Shown here piece after piece: positions 34,255-42,643 of a stretch of DNA of 64,000 nt; the first letter of the stretch is position 1; the number at the start of each line of letters is the position of its first letter. Under the pieces are notes generated by a model, which searched no databases, had not been told where the DNA came from, and saw nothing but the letters and a program-made list of their open reading frames with translations. Where the stretch lies: assembly GCA_052144935.1 (NCBI GenBank), contig JBKQPR010000214.1, forward strand, positions 5,731-69,730. The letters are read 5' to 3'. The position numbers were made by a program, and so were the translations under genes. Origin of the DNA: Bryobacteraceae bacterium (lineage in GTDB: Bacteria; Acidobacteriota; Terriglobia; Bryobacterales; Bryobacteraceae).

Positions 34255-36038
34255 AAACTGACCGTGGCTAATTTACTTGGCACGGCAATATGTTTGTTCT
34301 TTGGCGTATATCCGGCGATACGAAGGCCGTACACGGAACTGCTGCCATCCGCGCTGGAGGATTCCTGCACAAAGCCAAGGCGTTGGTAGTGGTCCTTTAC
34401 CATCGCATTCTTGGCGGTTTGGAAATAGTATCCGGCGATCTTGGCGACCCCGCGCTCGCGGGCGTGCTCAACCAGCGCATCCAGCATGGCGAGCTCGACG
34501 TCGCGTTTCAAAACCCGGCAACTCATCAACCAGGTATCCAGATGCAGGGTAGCGCCCTCGCACCGGCCGATCAGCAAGGAAATGAGGCCGTTGTCCCCGA
34601 ACGCGTCGGTGAGCCTGCCATAGAGTGGAATGTAGCCGGCGCTTTTCGAGATCTCTTCCACCTCGGCGTAAGTGTAACGCCGGGTCGTCAAATTGAATTG
34701 ATTGGTCTTATTGATCAGTTGCGTGATGCGGTCGAGATAGACTGGCTGAAAGAGGTCAATCTCGGCGCGCATCCGGAGCGAATCCAGATAAGCTCCATAG
34801 TCCGCGAACTTCGCCTCCAGCGTGGCGCGCTGAGCGTTAGCCGCATAGGCGTCGGCGCGTTCCAGATCCTCTTTCGACAGGTTCACGGCCTCGAAACAGC
34901 GAGTCGCCTGGAGAATCGAAGGGTATAATGCCACATCGCTACCCACATCCGGCGTCAAGACCATGGGGAGCTGCGACTGCACCAGGGCGCGCTCCGCCGG
35001 ATTGTCATCGATGAACACGAAGCTGTCGAGTCCGAGATTCAACTCCGTGGCGATCTCCTGGATATTCTGGGGTTTTGGCTCCCAGTTGGCTTTGAACGCG
35101 GAGAAGTGTTCGAGTTTGAGGACGCTGTCGGGATGGGCGAAGCCGGCGCGGGCAACCTCCAAATTGTTCTTCGAGCACACGGCCAGCAGAACGCCGCGGC
35201 CGCGCAACTCCAGGCAGTACTGCTGAAACGCGGTGTAGGCCTCCGCGAGAGCGGTTTCCTTTCCGATTTGGATCTTATCCGGCCCATCGTCGCCAATCAC
35301 CCCACCCCACAGGGTATTGTCGAGATCGAGCACCAGGCACTTCCTGGATTTGCCGAACATGGCCCCGATGATTGCGGCCATGGACTTGGCGATTGCGAAA
35401 CTTGCCTCCGGCGTGGTGGGGATTTTGTAGCTGTACCAGCGATCCCAATCGAACCACTGGCTATGACCCAGCGAGGCTGCGAGGCTGTTTAGATCCTGAA
35501 TCGAAAGTTTCCGGTTCTCAGCGGCGGCCTTGGAAAACGCCAGATTCAGCTCCCAAACGAGCCTCACGCGCCCTTCGCCGGCAACACAATCCGCGTTACC
35601 CAGAAGGCCAATGGGCGAGGTTTCGAAATTGTTCTGAACGATATGGCAGCCGATGACCGTGTGGATGGAGTTCCAAATCGCCTGGTACCGCGCCAACTCC
35701 GAGGCAACGGCATCCTGCAATTCCGCCGGGGCCGCACCCGTGGAAAGACACCGCCGGAGGTTCATCCAGTTGGTGTGCACGTAAACGATATCCGGCTTAA
35801 ACGCCTTAAGCTTTTCTGGTTCCAGTACGGCATCCTCGAAATGCCGGTTGTACTCGGACTGATAGAACACCGGCCGGAAGTGCTCCGCCAGCAGCAGCAC
35901 TTCGAGGAATTCCACGACCTCGTTGGCGGTTACCCCTGCCAGCACCGCGACTCTGAGATCCCTCAGCCCCGGATTTTCCAGAAACTGCCGGCGCAGACGT
36001 TTGCGCTGGCGCACCAATGCCTCGAGCGGCAAGTCCAT
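34251..36038 (-). CDS. FkbH-like HAD-IIIC family protein with C-terminal GNAT-like domain
   Basis: The internal ATG at 36038 gives MDLPLEALV... HAD motifs: VLDLDNTLWGGVIGDDG, AVCSKNN, FIDDNPAE. The C-terminus GYYFQTAKNAMVKDHYQRLGF is GNAT-like. Confidence 0.8.
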   Translation of the reverse strand: MDLPLEALVRQRKRLRRQFLENPGLRDLRVAVLAGVTANEVVEFLEVLLLAEHFRPVFYQSEYNRHFEDAVLEPEKLKAFKPDIVYVHTNWMNLRRCLSTGAAPAELQDAVASELARYQAIWNSIHTVIGCHIVQNNFETSPIGLLGNADCVAGEGRVRLVWELNLAFSKAAAENRKLSIQDLNSLAASLGHSQWFDWDRWYSYKIPTTPEASFAIAKSMAAIIGAMFGKSRKCLVLDLDNTLWGGVIGDDGPDKIQIGKETALAEAYTAFQQYCLELRGRGVLLAVCSKNNLEVARAGFAHPDSVLKLEHFSAFKANWEPKPQNIQEIATELNLGLDSFVFIDDNPAERALVQSQLPMVLTPDVGSDVALYPSILQATRCFEAVNLSKEDLERADAYAANAQRATLEAKFADYGAYLDSLRMRAEIDLFQPVYLDRITQLINKTNQFNLTTRRYTYAEVEEISKSAGYIPLYGRLTDAFGDNGLISLLIGRCEGATLHLDTWLMSCRVLKRDVELAMLDALVEHARERGVAKIAGYYFQTAKNAMVKDHYQRLGFVQESSSADGSSSVYGLRIAGYTPKNKHIAVPSKLATVSL

Positions 36039-36282
36039 CAGCGTGCGCAGAAGCACAAATCTGAGTGCAACACCTCTTACAAAAGTCTCAGAAAATTTGG
36101 CGGCCGCCTGCCGTTGGGAACAACGGAACGGATGAAAGAGGCCGGGATCGCCGGACGACGATCGACCAAGCCGCGCGACCGATGCCAATCGAAAGCACGC
36201 TCCGACCGATCCCTGCCACGTACTCCGGCACCCATCCACCACCAACTGTTACGATATTCCGGAAGGGTCGAATCACCAGATT

Positions 36283-37281
36283 ATGAGCCGGCGCAGGGCG
36301 CTCATTTCGGGCATCACGGGACAGGACGGGTCGTATCTCGCGGAACTCCTTCTGGAAAAGGATTACGACGTACACGGCCTGGTGCGCCGGGTGGCCCTCG
36401 AGGATCCCAGCCACCGGCTGCGGCGGATTGCCGCCATCCGCGACCGCATCACGCTCCATGCCGGATCGCTCGAAAGCTTTCCCAGCCTTTACCAGATCGT
36501 CCGGCGTGTCGAGCCCGACGAATGCTACCATCTGGCCGCCCAGAGTTTCGTCAGCTACTCCTTCGACGACGAGTTCTCCACCCTCAACACCAACATCAAC
36601 GGCACGCACTACATGCTGGCTGCCATCCATGAGGCCGCCCCGCACTGCCGCTTCTACTTCGCCGGCTCCAGCGAGATGTTCGGCAAGGTGGAAGAAACGC
36701 CGCAGAACGAGCGCACCCGCTTCCACCCGCGCTCGGCCTACGGAATCAGCAAGGTGGCCGGCTTCGATCTTACCCGCAACTACCGCGAAGCCTACGGACT
36801 CCACGCTTCCATCGGGATTCTCTTCAACCACGAGTCGGAGCGCCGCGGCTTCGAGTTCGTAACCCGCAAGATCACGGCCGGCGTGGCCGCCATCGCCTCG
36901 GGCGCCAGGAGCGAGCTGCGCCTGGGCAACCTGGAGGCCCGCCGCGACTGGGGCTACGCTCCCGAATACGTCGCGGCCATGTGGCGTATGCTCCAGCAGG
37001 ACACGCCGGACGATTACGTGGTCTCGACCGGCGAAAGTCACTCGGTCCGCGAGTTCGCGGAACTGGCCTTCTCCCTGGCCGGCCTGGACTACCGCGACCA
37101 CGTGACCGGCGATCCTCTGCTGTACCGCCCCGCCGAAGTCGATCTGCTCATCGGCGACCCCTCCAAGGCGCGCTCCCGGCTGGGTTGGGAACCCCGGACG
37201 CGCTTCGAAGAACTGGTCCGCCGGATGGTGACAGCCGATCTCGAAACCGCCGGCCCGGCACTGAAAGTCACCCAGGTCTGA
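36283..37281 (+). CDS. gmd: GDP-mannose 4,6-dehydratase
   Basis: ALISGITGQDGSYLAELLLEKDYDVHG...YHLAAQSFV...SAYGISKVAG...ILFNHESERRG, a textbook Gmd sequence. Confidence 0.9.
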   Translation: MSRRRALISGITGQDGSYLAELLLEKDYDVHGLVRRVALEDPSHRLRRIAAIRDRITLHAGSLESFPSLYQIVRRVEPDECYHLAAQSFVSYSFDDEFSTLNTNINGTHYMLAAIHEAAPHCRFYFAGSSEMFGKVEETPQNERTRFHPRSAYGISKVAGFDLTRNYREAYGLHASIGILFNHESERRGFEFVTRKITAGVAAIASGARSELRLGNLEARRDWGYAPEYVAAMWRMLQQDTPDDYVVSTGESHSVREFAELAFSLAGLDYRDHVTGDPLLYRPAEVDLLIGDPSKARSRLGWEPRTRFEELVRRMVTADLETAGPALKVTQV

Positions 37282-37288
37282 GATCTCC

Positions 37289-37531
37289 ATGAACGCAGCT
37301 ATTTACGAAAAGGTACGCAGCATCGCCGCGGACATGCTGCAAGTGAAGATCGCAACCCTCAAGGCGGATTCCTCCCCCGAAACTGTGGACACCTGGGACT
37401 CCGTCCACCATCTCAACCTGGTTCTGGCGCTGGAGGAGTCCTTCGGCTTCCAGTTCTCCCCCGAAGAGATGGACCAGATGAAAACCATCGGCCAGATCGC
37501 CGGGATGGTGGAAACCAAGACCGGCTCCTGA
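37289..37531 (+). CDS. Acyl carrier protein
   Basis: 80 aa with TVDTWDSVHHLNLVLALE. The stop overlaps the next start. Confidence 0.8.
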   Translation: MNAAIYEKVRSIAADMLQVKIATLKADSSPETVDTWDSVHHLNLVLALEESFGFQFSPEEMDQMKTIGQIAGMVETKTGS

Positions 37532-38598
37532 TGGCCATCGAGATCGTTCCGTACCTGCCCGCCCATGGGGCCGCGGTGCGGCGCTTCCACGAGCGCCTGG
37601 CCGCCGTGGGCGCCGACCCGGACATGCGGTTTCCCGAACCCTCCGACTCCGGTTGGATGCCAGGCACGCAGCTCTGGCTTGCCGTGGAGGGCGACGAGGT
37701 ACGCGGCGGCTATATCCTGCGGCGCCAGACTTTTTCCTTCGGCGGCGAGACTCACCAGGTAGCCCACTACCGGCTGCCGCTTTCCGAAGGCTTGGTGAAT
37801 CGCGCCTATGCTCTGCTGGCCGTCCGCCTGGTTCGCGACGCGTTGAATCGCGAAGCCGAGCTGTACGCTCTCGGCATGGGCGGATGGGAGAAGCCGCTGC
37901 CCGAAATGCTGAAGCGCCTGAACTGGCGTATGGCGGCGGTTCCGTTCTACTTCAAGGCGCCGCATCCCTACCGCTTCCTGCGTCAGATCCGCGCCCTGCG
38001 ATCGTCCGCTTTCGGGCGCCTGGCTTGCGATGCGGCCGCCTTCAGCGGAGCCGGTTGGCTGGCGCTGTGGCTTGCCGGGGTTGCCCGCCGCACTAGCGGG
38101 CCAGCGCCGCTCGAAGCTCCGGCATCCTTCGCCGGCTGGGCCGATGCCGTATGGGAACGCTGCCGCACTCGCTACGCCATGGCCGCGGTGCGCGACGCCG
38201 CCACCCTCGACCGGCTCTATCCGCCGTCCGATCCGCGCTTCCTGCGCGTCCGCGCCGCCGGGGGCTGGGCCGTGCTTCTGGACACCGCCATGCACGGCCA
38301 CAAGCAGTTCGGCGATCTCCGGGTGGGCACGATTGTGGATTCGCTCGCGCCGCCCGAAGACGCCGCCGTGGTGGTCCTCGCCGCGGCCCGGACCCTGGAA
38401 GAGCGCGGCGTGGATCTGATCGTTTCCAACCAACTACACCACGCCTGGTCGAGCGCCTTGCCCAAAGCCGGCTTTCGCCAGGCCCCCACGAATTTTCTGA
38501 TCGCGATCTCTCCGGTCCTGGCCGCGCGGATCGAAGGCCGCGCGGACCTAGAGATCCATATGAACCGCGGCGATGGGGACGGGCCGATTCATCTGTAG
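37531..38598 (+). CDS. Two-domain GNAT/FemAB-like acyltransferase (putative)
   Basis: 355 aa, translationally coupled to the ACP. It has the same size and overall layout as the protein at 55755..56819. The family call is tentative. Confidence 0.5.
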   Translation: MAIEIVPYLPAHGAAVRRFHERLAAVGADPDMRFPEPSDSGWMPGTQLWLAVEGDEVRGGYILRRQTFSFGGETHQVAHYRLPLSEGLVNRAYALLAVRLVRDALNREAELYALGMGGWEKPLPEMLKRLNWRMAAVPFYFKAPHPYRFLRQIRALRSSAFGRLACDAAAFSGAGWLALWLAGVARRTSGPAPLEAPASFAGWADAVWERCRTRYAMAAVRDAATLDRLYPPSDPRFLRVRAAGGWAVLLDTAMHGHKQFGDLRVGTIVDSLAPPEDAAVVVLAAARTLEERGVDLIVSNQLHHAWSSALPKAGFRQAPTNFLIAISPVLAARIEGRADLEIHMNRGDGDGPIHL

Positions 38599-38637
38599 GA
38601 ACGATCGCTTACCCGCATGTTAGACTAGACTGAACGC

Positions 38638-39192
38638 GTGGGCGGTCTGACTCCGGTATTCTGGCAAAACACGCTGCCGCTGATGGTCACGATTCTGGTC
38701 GCAGTGGGCGCGGCGACGCTTGCCGGATGGATCTCTAACGCGAACTTGTCCAAACGGATTGCTGACACCAACGCGAGCCTGTCGAAACGCTTGGACGACA
38801 CCAACGCGAGCCTGTCGAAGCGGATGGAGGACACCAACGCGAGCCTGTCGAGGCGGATGGAGGACACCAACGCGAGCCTGTCGGAACGGATGAAGGACAC
38901 CAACGCGAGCCTGTCGGAACGGATGAACGATCTCAACGCGAGCCTGTCGAAACGGATGGACGATCTCAACGCGAGCCTGTCGGAACGGATGGACGATCTA
39001 AACACCAACCTGTCGAAACGGATGGACGATCTAAACACCAATCTGTCTAGGCGGATCGAGGAAAGCCACGCGAACCTGTCCGGCCGGCTGGACGACATCA
39101 TCGCCCGCCTGGGGCGCATCGAGATCAAGCTGGAAGGCCATGAGGACCGCATCACCAGGCTCGAAGAGCGCACCTCCCCGCTCCGCCGTTAG
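38638..39192 (+). CDS. Membrane-anchored protein made of eleven 11-residue repeats plus a C-terminal coiled-coil-like tail
   Basis: GTG start, one N-terminal TM helix (LPLMVTILVAVGAATLAGW), repeats N-A-S-L-S-K/E-R-M-D/E-D-T/L, and the tail IARLGRIEIKLEGHEDRITRLEERT. Confidence 0.65.
   Translation: MGGLTPVFWQNTLPLMVTILVAVGAATLAGWISNANLSKRIADTNASLSKRLDDTNASLSKRMEDTNASLSRRMEDTNASLSERMKDTNASLSERMNDLNASLSKRMDDLNASLSERMDDLNTNLSKRMDDLNTNLSRRIEESHANLSGRLDDIIARLGRIEIKLEGHEDRITRLEERTSPLRR
38737..39099 (+). repeat. 33-bp tandem repeat, 11 units (in frame)
   Basis: Units start at 38737 and recur every 33 bp (for example AACGCGAGCCTGTCGAAACGCTTGGACGACACC). The terminal units are more diverged. Confidence 0.9.
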
Positions 39193-39211
39193 TCATCCCC
39201 GGCCTGGGCGA

Positions 39212-39595
39212 TCATGAACCCGGCGGCTTGTAGGCGACGCCCAGATCTTTCGCTATGACGGCGAAATGTTGGTCGGCCGTCCACAACTGCAAGCGCTCCG
39301 CCAGGGCGGAGGCGAGCCGGTGAACGTCGATCCAGCCGACGCCGCGCCCATGCAGGTTCCGATGGCGAACGAACGCGACAACCTCGTGGTGGGGAACCAT
39401 GCTCGCCTGATGCATTCGCTCATAGGTGGACAGGAACTTACTGCGGCCTCCACGATCGCCGATGAGGAGTTCGCCGTAGACCAATTCATGTCCGGCCACA
39501 TTGTCGAGATTCAGGAGTCTCTCAAGTTCGTTTGCGTATGGATCCTGGTCGAAGAAATACCGAATCCACACGGACGTATCGATCAGAATCATCAA
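39212..39595 (-). CDS. vapC: PIN-domain toxin VapC
   Basis: MILIDTSVWIRYF...VYGELLIG...WIDVHRLASALAERLQLWTADQHF. Confidence 0.85.
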   Translation of the reverse strand: MMILIDTSVWIRYFFDQDPYANELERLLNLDNVAGHELVYGELLIGDRGGRSKFLSTYERMHQASMVPHHEVVAFVRHRNLHGRGVGWIDVHRLASALAERLQLWTADQHFAVIAKDLGVAYKPPGS

Positions 39596-39807
39596 GCCAC
39601 CCTGCGTTTTTGAAATGGCTTCTCGCGACGTCTGGGGACGTCCTGCGCGTGTGGCTCCGTCCCACGAAACTCTCTGAGGCGCTGGTACGCCGCGTGGCGC
39701 ACCAAGGCCTCCAGGCCCAGACGGATGGTCTCGGTATCGGTGGCGGCGCCACAGGCCACCTTGGCCTCCCGAAGGAGTTTGTCATCGACGTTGAAGGTCT
39801 TCTTCAT
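39592..39807 (-). CDS. vapB: VapB antitoxin (DUF2191/Arc-MetJ-like)
   Basis: The internal ATG at 39807 gives MKKTFNVDDKLLREAKVACGAATDTETIRLGLEALV. It overlaps the toxin start by 4 nt. Confidence 0.75.
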   Translation of the reverse strand: MKKTFNVDDKLLREAKVACGAATDTETIRLGLEALVRHAAYQRLREFRGTEPHAQDVPRRREKPFQKRRVA

Positions 39808-39935
39808 ACAGGCAATTGTCCCATATAGGTATGGCTTCCAGAACCATACCGCCGGCGCCCGGTGCCCGGTGCCGGGCGAACACGTTCCCGCCCGGCGCAT
39901 CGGGGTTCCATTCTCTATACACTAAGAGACATACC

Positions 39936-40724
39936 ATGCGGGCGCTGGCAATCATGTATCACGACGTAGTGGAAGACGCCGCCTACGACTCCAGCGGCTT
40001 TCCCGGCGAGGGCGCCAACATCTACAAGCTCCGCCGCGAGGATTTTGCCCGGCAGCTTGAAGCCATTCGCGCGGCTGTGCCGGCCGGGGCCGTTTCGCTC
40101 ATCCCTCGCCGCCGGGAGATCGCGGGTGCGCCGCCGGTGTTTCTCACTTTCGATGACGGCGGCGTCTCCTGCCACGCGCCCATCGCCGGAATGCTCGAAC
40201 AACTCGGGTGGCGCGGCCATTTCTTCATCACCACCAGCCGCATCGGCACGCCGGGCTTTCTCGGTGAAGCGCAGTTACGCGACCTCCACCGCCGCGGGCA
40301 CGTCATCGGCAGCCACTCCCACTCGCATCCCACCCGCATGGCCGCGCTGGCGCCGGACCGCATGGAAAGCGAGTGGCGCCAGAGCCTCGGACGCCTGGCC
40401 GACATCCTGGGCGAACCCGTGAAAGTGGCCTCCGTGCCGGGCGGTTATTACTCGCGCCTGGTGGGCCGCACCGCCGCCGCCGCGGGCATCGAAGTGCTCT
40501 TCAATTCCGAGCCGACCGCCGCGGTCTGCCTCACCGATGGCTGCCTGGTGCTGGGCCGGTACGTGGTGAAGCGCGGGATGGGGCCGGAGTGGGCCGCCGG
40601 TTTCGCCGCCGGACGCCTCGGGCCGCGCTGGAGACAGACCGCCTTGTGGAAGGCCAAGCGCGTGGCCAAGGCCCTGGGCGGCGCCGCCTATCTCAAAGTG
40701 CGGCAGGCGATCCTCGACCGGTGA
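39936..40724 (+). CDS. Polysaccharide deacetylase (NodB homology)
   Basis: The internal ATG at 39936 gives LTFDDGGVS (TFDD motif) and IGSHSHSHP (His motif). Confidence 0.8.
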   Translation: MRALAIMYHDVVEDAAYDSSGFPGEGANIYKLRREDFARQLEAIRAAVPAGAVSLIPRRREIAGAPPVFLTFDDGGVSCHAPIAGMLEQLGWRGHFFITTSRIGTPGFLGEAQLRDLHRRGHVIGSHSHSHPTRMAALAPDRMESEWRQSLGRLADILGEPVKVASVPGGYYSRLVGRTAAAAGIEVLFNSEPTAAVCLTDGCLVLGRYVVKRGMGPEWAAGFAAGRLGPRWRQTALWKAKRVAKALGGAAYLKVRQAILDR

Positions 40725-40905
40725 AACCTTCTACATACGCAGGCCGGCCAGGGTCGCGAGCGGCTCCGGTTAACCGCGATTCGGCCGCGAATCGGTAGCC
40801 CGCCAATCCACTGGAATCCACTGGCGCACGAGTTTGCTATGCTCGAAGATCCCAGGCCATAATGGGAGGGCGCCGTTGCCCCGCCTCGATCTGCGGGGAT
40901 CCTTC

Positions 40906-42417
40906 ATGAGTTCTCCTTCCGGTCCCAGTACAAAGGTCGCCATCATTGGAGCAGGCCCCGCCGGCCTGACGGCAGCGTACGTTCTGAGCAAAAACCGCGT
41001 GCCGGTCACCGTGCTGGAGTCCGATCCGGAATACGTCGGCGGGATTTCCCGAACCGTCCGGTACAAAGGGTTTCACTTCGATATCGGTGGTCACCGCTTC
41101 TTTTCCAAAGCCCAAGAGGTGGAGGATTTCTGGACCGAAATCCTGCCCGACGACATGCTGATCCGCCCGCGGTCGTCGCGCATCTTCTACCACGGCCAGT
41201 TCTTTTCCTACCCCTTGAAGGCCTTCGAGGCGCTCTTCAAGCTGGGATTCCTCGAATCCGCGCTCTGCGTGCTGTCTTATGGCAAAGCGTCGCTGTTTCC
41301 GCGTCCCAACCCTAAATCGTTCGAGGACTGGGTCACTAACCAGTTCGGCGAACGGCTCTTCCGCATCTTCTTCAAGACTTATACGGAGAAGGTGTGGGGG
41401 ATGAGCTGCAAAGACATCTCCGCGGACTGGGCTGCGCAACGCATTCAAGGGCTTTCCATGGCCTCCGCCATCCGCAATGCGATCCTGCCGAAACGCCGGC
41501 CCAAGGACCGGAAAGAAACCATCAAGACCCTGATCGACACCTTCCGCTATCCCCGCAAGGGCCCCGGAATGATGTGGGAGACCTGCGCCCGCAAAGTGCG
41601 CGAGATGGGCGGCGAGGTCCTTCTGGGACAGCCCGTCCAACACTGCACCTATCTTCCGGAGCAAGGGCAGTGGCGGGTGGATTACGGTGTGCCCGGCAAG
41701 GGCGCCGAAAGCCTCCTGGCGCGCGATGTCATCTCCTCCGCGCCAATCCGGCTGTTGATGAATGCGCTCACCCCCCAGCCTTCGCCAAAAGCCCTCGCCG
41801 CCGCCAATGCTCTGAAGTACCGGGACTTTCTGACCGTCGCGCTGATCCTCAAGGAGCGCAACCGCTTCTCCGATAATTGGATCTACATTCACGACCCCTC
41901 GGTGAAAGTGGGGCGGGTCCAGAACTTCAAATCCTGGTCGCCCGAGATGGTTCCCGATCCCGCCTATTGCTGCTACGGCCTGGAGTACTTTTGCTTTGAA
42001 GGTGACGGCCTCTGGGCGTCCGCCGATAGCGATCTGATCGAGTTGGCCACGCGCGAGCTGGAAAAGATCGGACTCGCCCGGCCCGCCGACGTAGTCGATG
42101 GATGCGTCGTCCGCCAGGCCAAGGCTTACCCGGTTTACGATGACGACTACGCGCGGAACGTCGCCATCATCCGCGAAGAGCTGGCCCGAGACTACCCCGG
42201 GCTGCACCTGGTCGGCCGCAATGGGATGCACAAGTACAACAACCAGGATCATGCCATGATGACGGCCATGCTGACCGCCCAGAATATCCTTCTCGGGCGG
42301 CAAGCCTACGACGTCTGGCAAGTGAACCAGGACGCCGAGTACCTGGAGGCCGGCAGCGCCGGATCGCAATCCGCCGCGAGCGGCCTGCGCACCCATCCGT
42401 CGCGGGTTTCGCCTTAA
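40906..42417 (+). CDS. FAD/NAD(P)-dependent oxidoreductase (amine-oxidase / UDP-galactopyranose-mutase-like fold)
   Basis: The internal ATG at 40906 gives [18 protein letters not shown]...[15 protein letters not shown] (a dinucleotide-binding GxGxxG followed by an acidic residue). Confidence 0.8.
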   Translation: MSSPSGPSTKVAIIGAGPAGLTAAYVLSKNRVPVTVLESDPEYVGGISRTVRYKGFHFDIGGHRFFSKAQEVEDFWTEILPDDMLIRPRSSRIFYHGQFFSYPLKAFEALFKLGFLESALCVLSYGKASLFPRPNPKSFEDWVTNQFGERLFRIFFKTYTEKVWGMSCKDISADWAAQRIQGLSMASAIRNAILPKRRPKDRKETIKTLIDTFRYPRKGPGMMWETCARKVREMGGEVLLGQPVQHCTYLPEQGQWRVDYGVPGKGAESLLARDVISSAPIRLLMNALTPQPSPKALAAANALKYRDFLTVALILKERNRFSDNWIYIHDPSVKVGRVQNFKSWSPEMVPDPAYCCYGLEYFCFEGDGLWASADSDLIELATRELEKIGLARPADVVDGCVVRQAKAYPVYDDDYARNVAIIREELARDYPGLHLVGRNGMHKYNNQDHAMMTAMLTAQNILLGRQAYDVWQVNQDAEYLEAGSAGSQSAASGLRTHPSRVSP

Positions 42418-42643
42418 ATGTGCGACTCTCGGGCGCTGCCGGCACATCGCGCAAACCGCTGATCCGTCTGCCCGCGCCGTGCGCACCAGCCAGGACCGGT
42501 CGCTCCGCAGGCGCTTGCGAAAAGGCATTGATGGCAATGCGGCATGGGCGGGGTTTACCAAAGCGGTGGGATGGGAAAACGGCACGGCGCCATCCGGGGT
42601 ACATCGATCCCTGCGTCCCGCGGCTGGCTCGTTGCAGTAAGCC

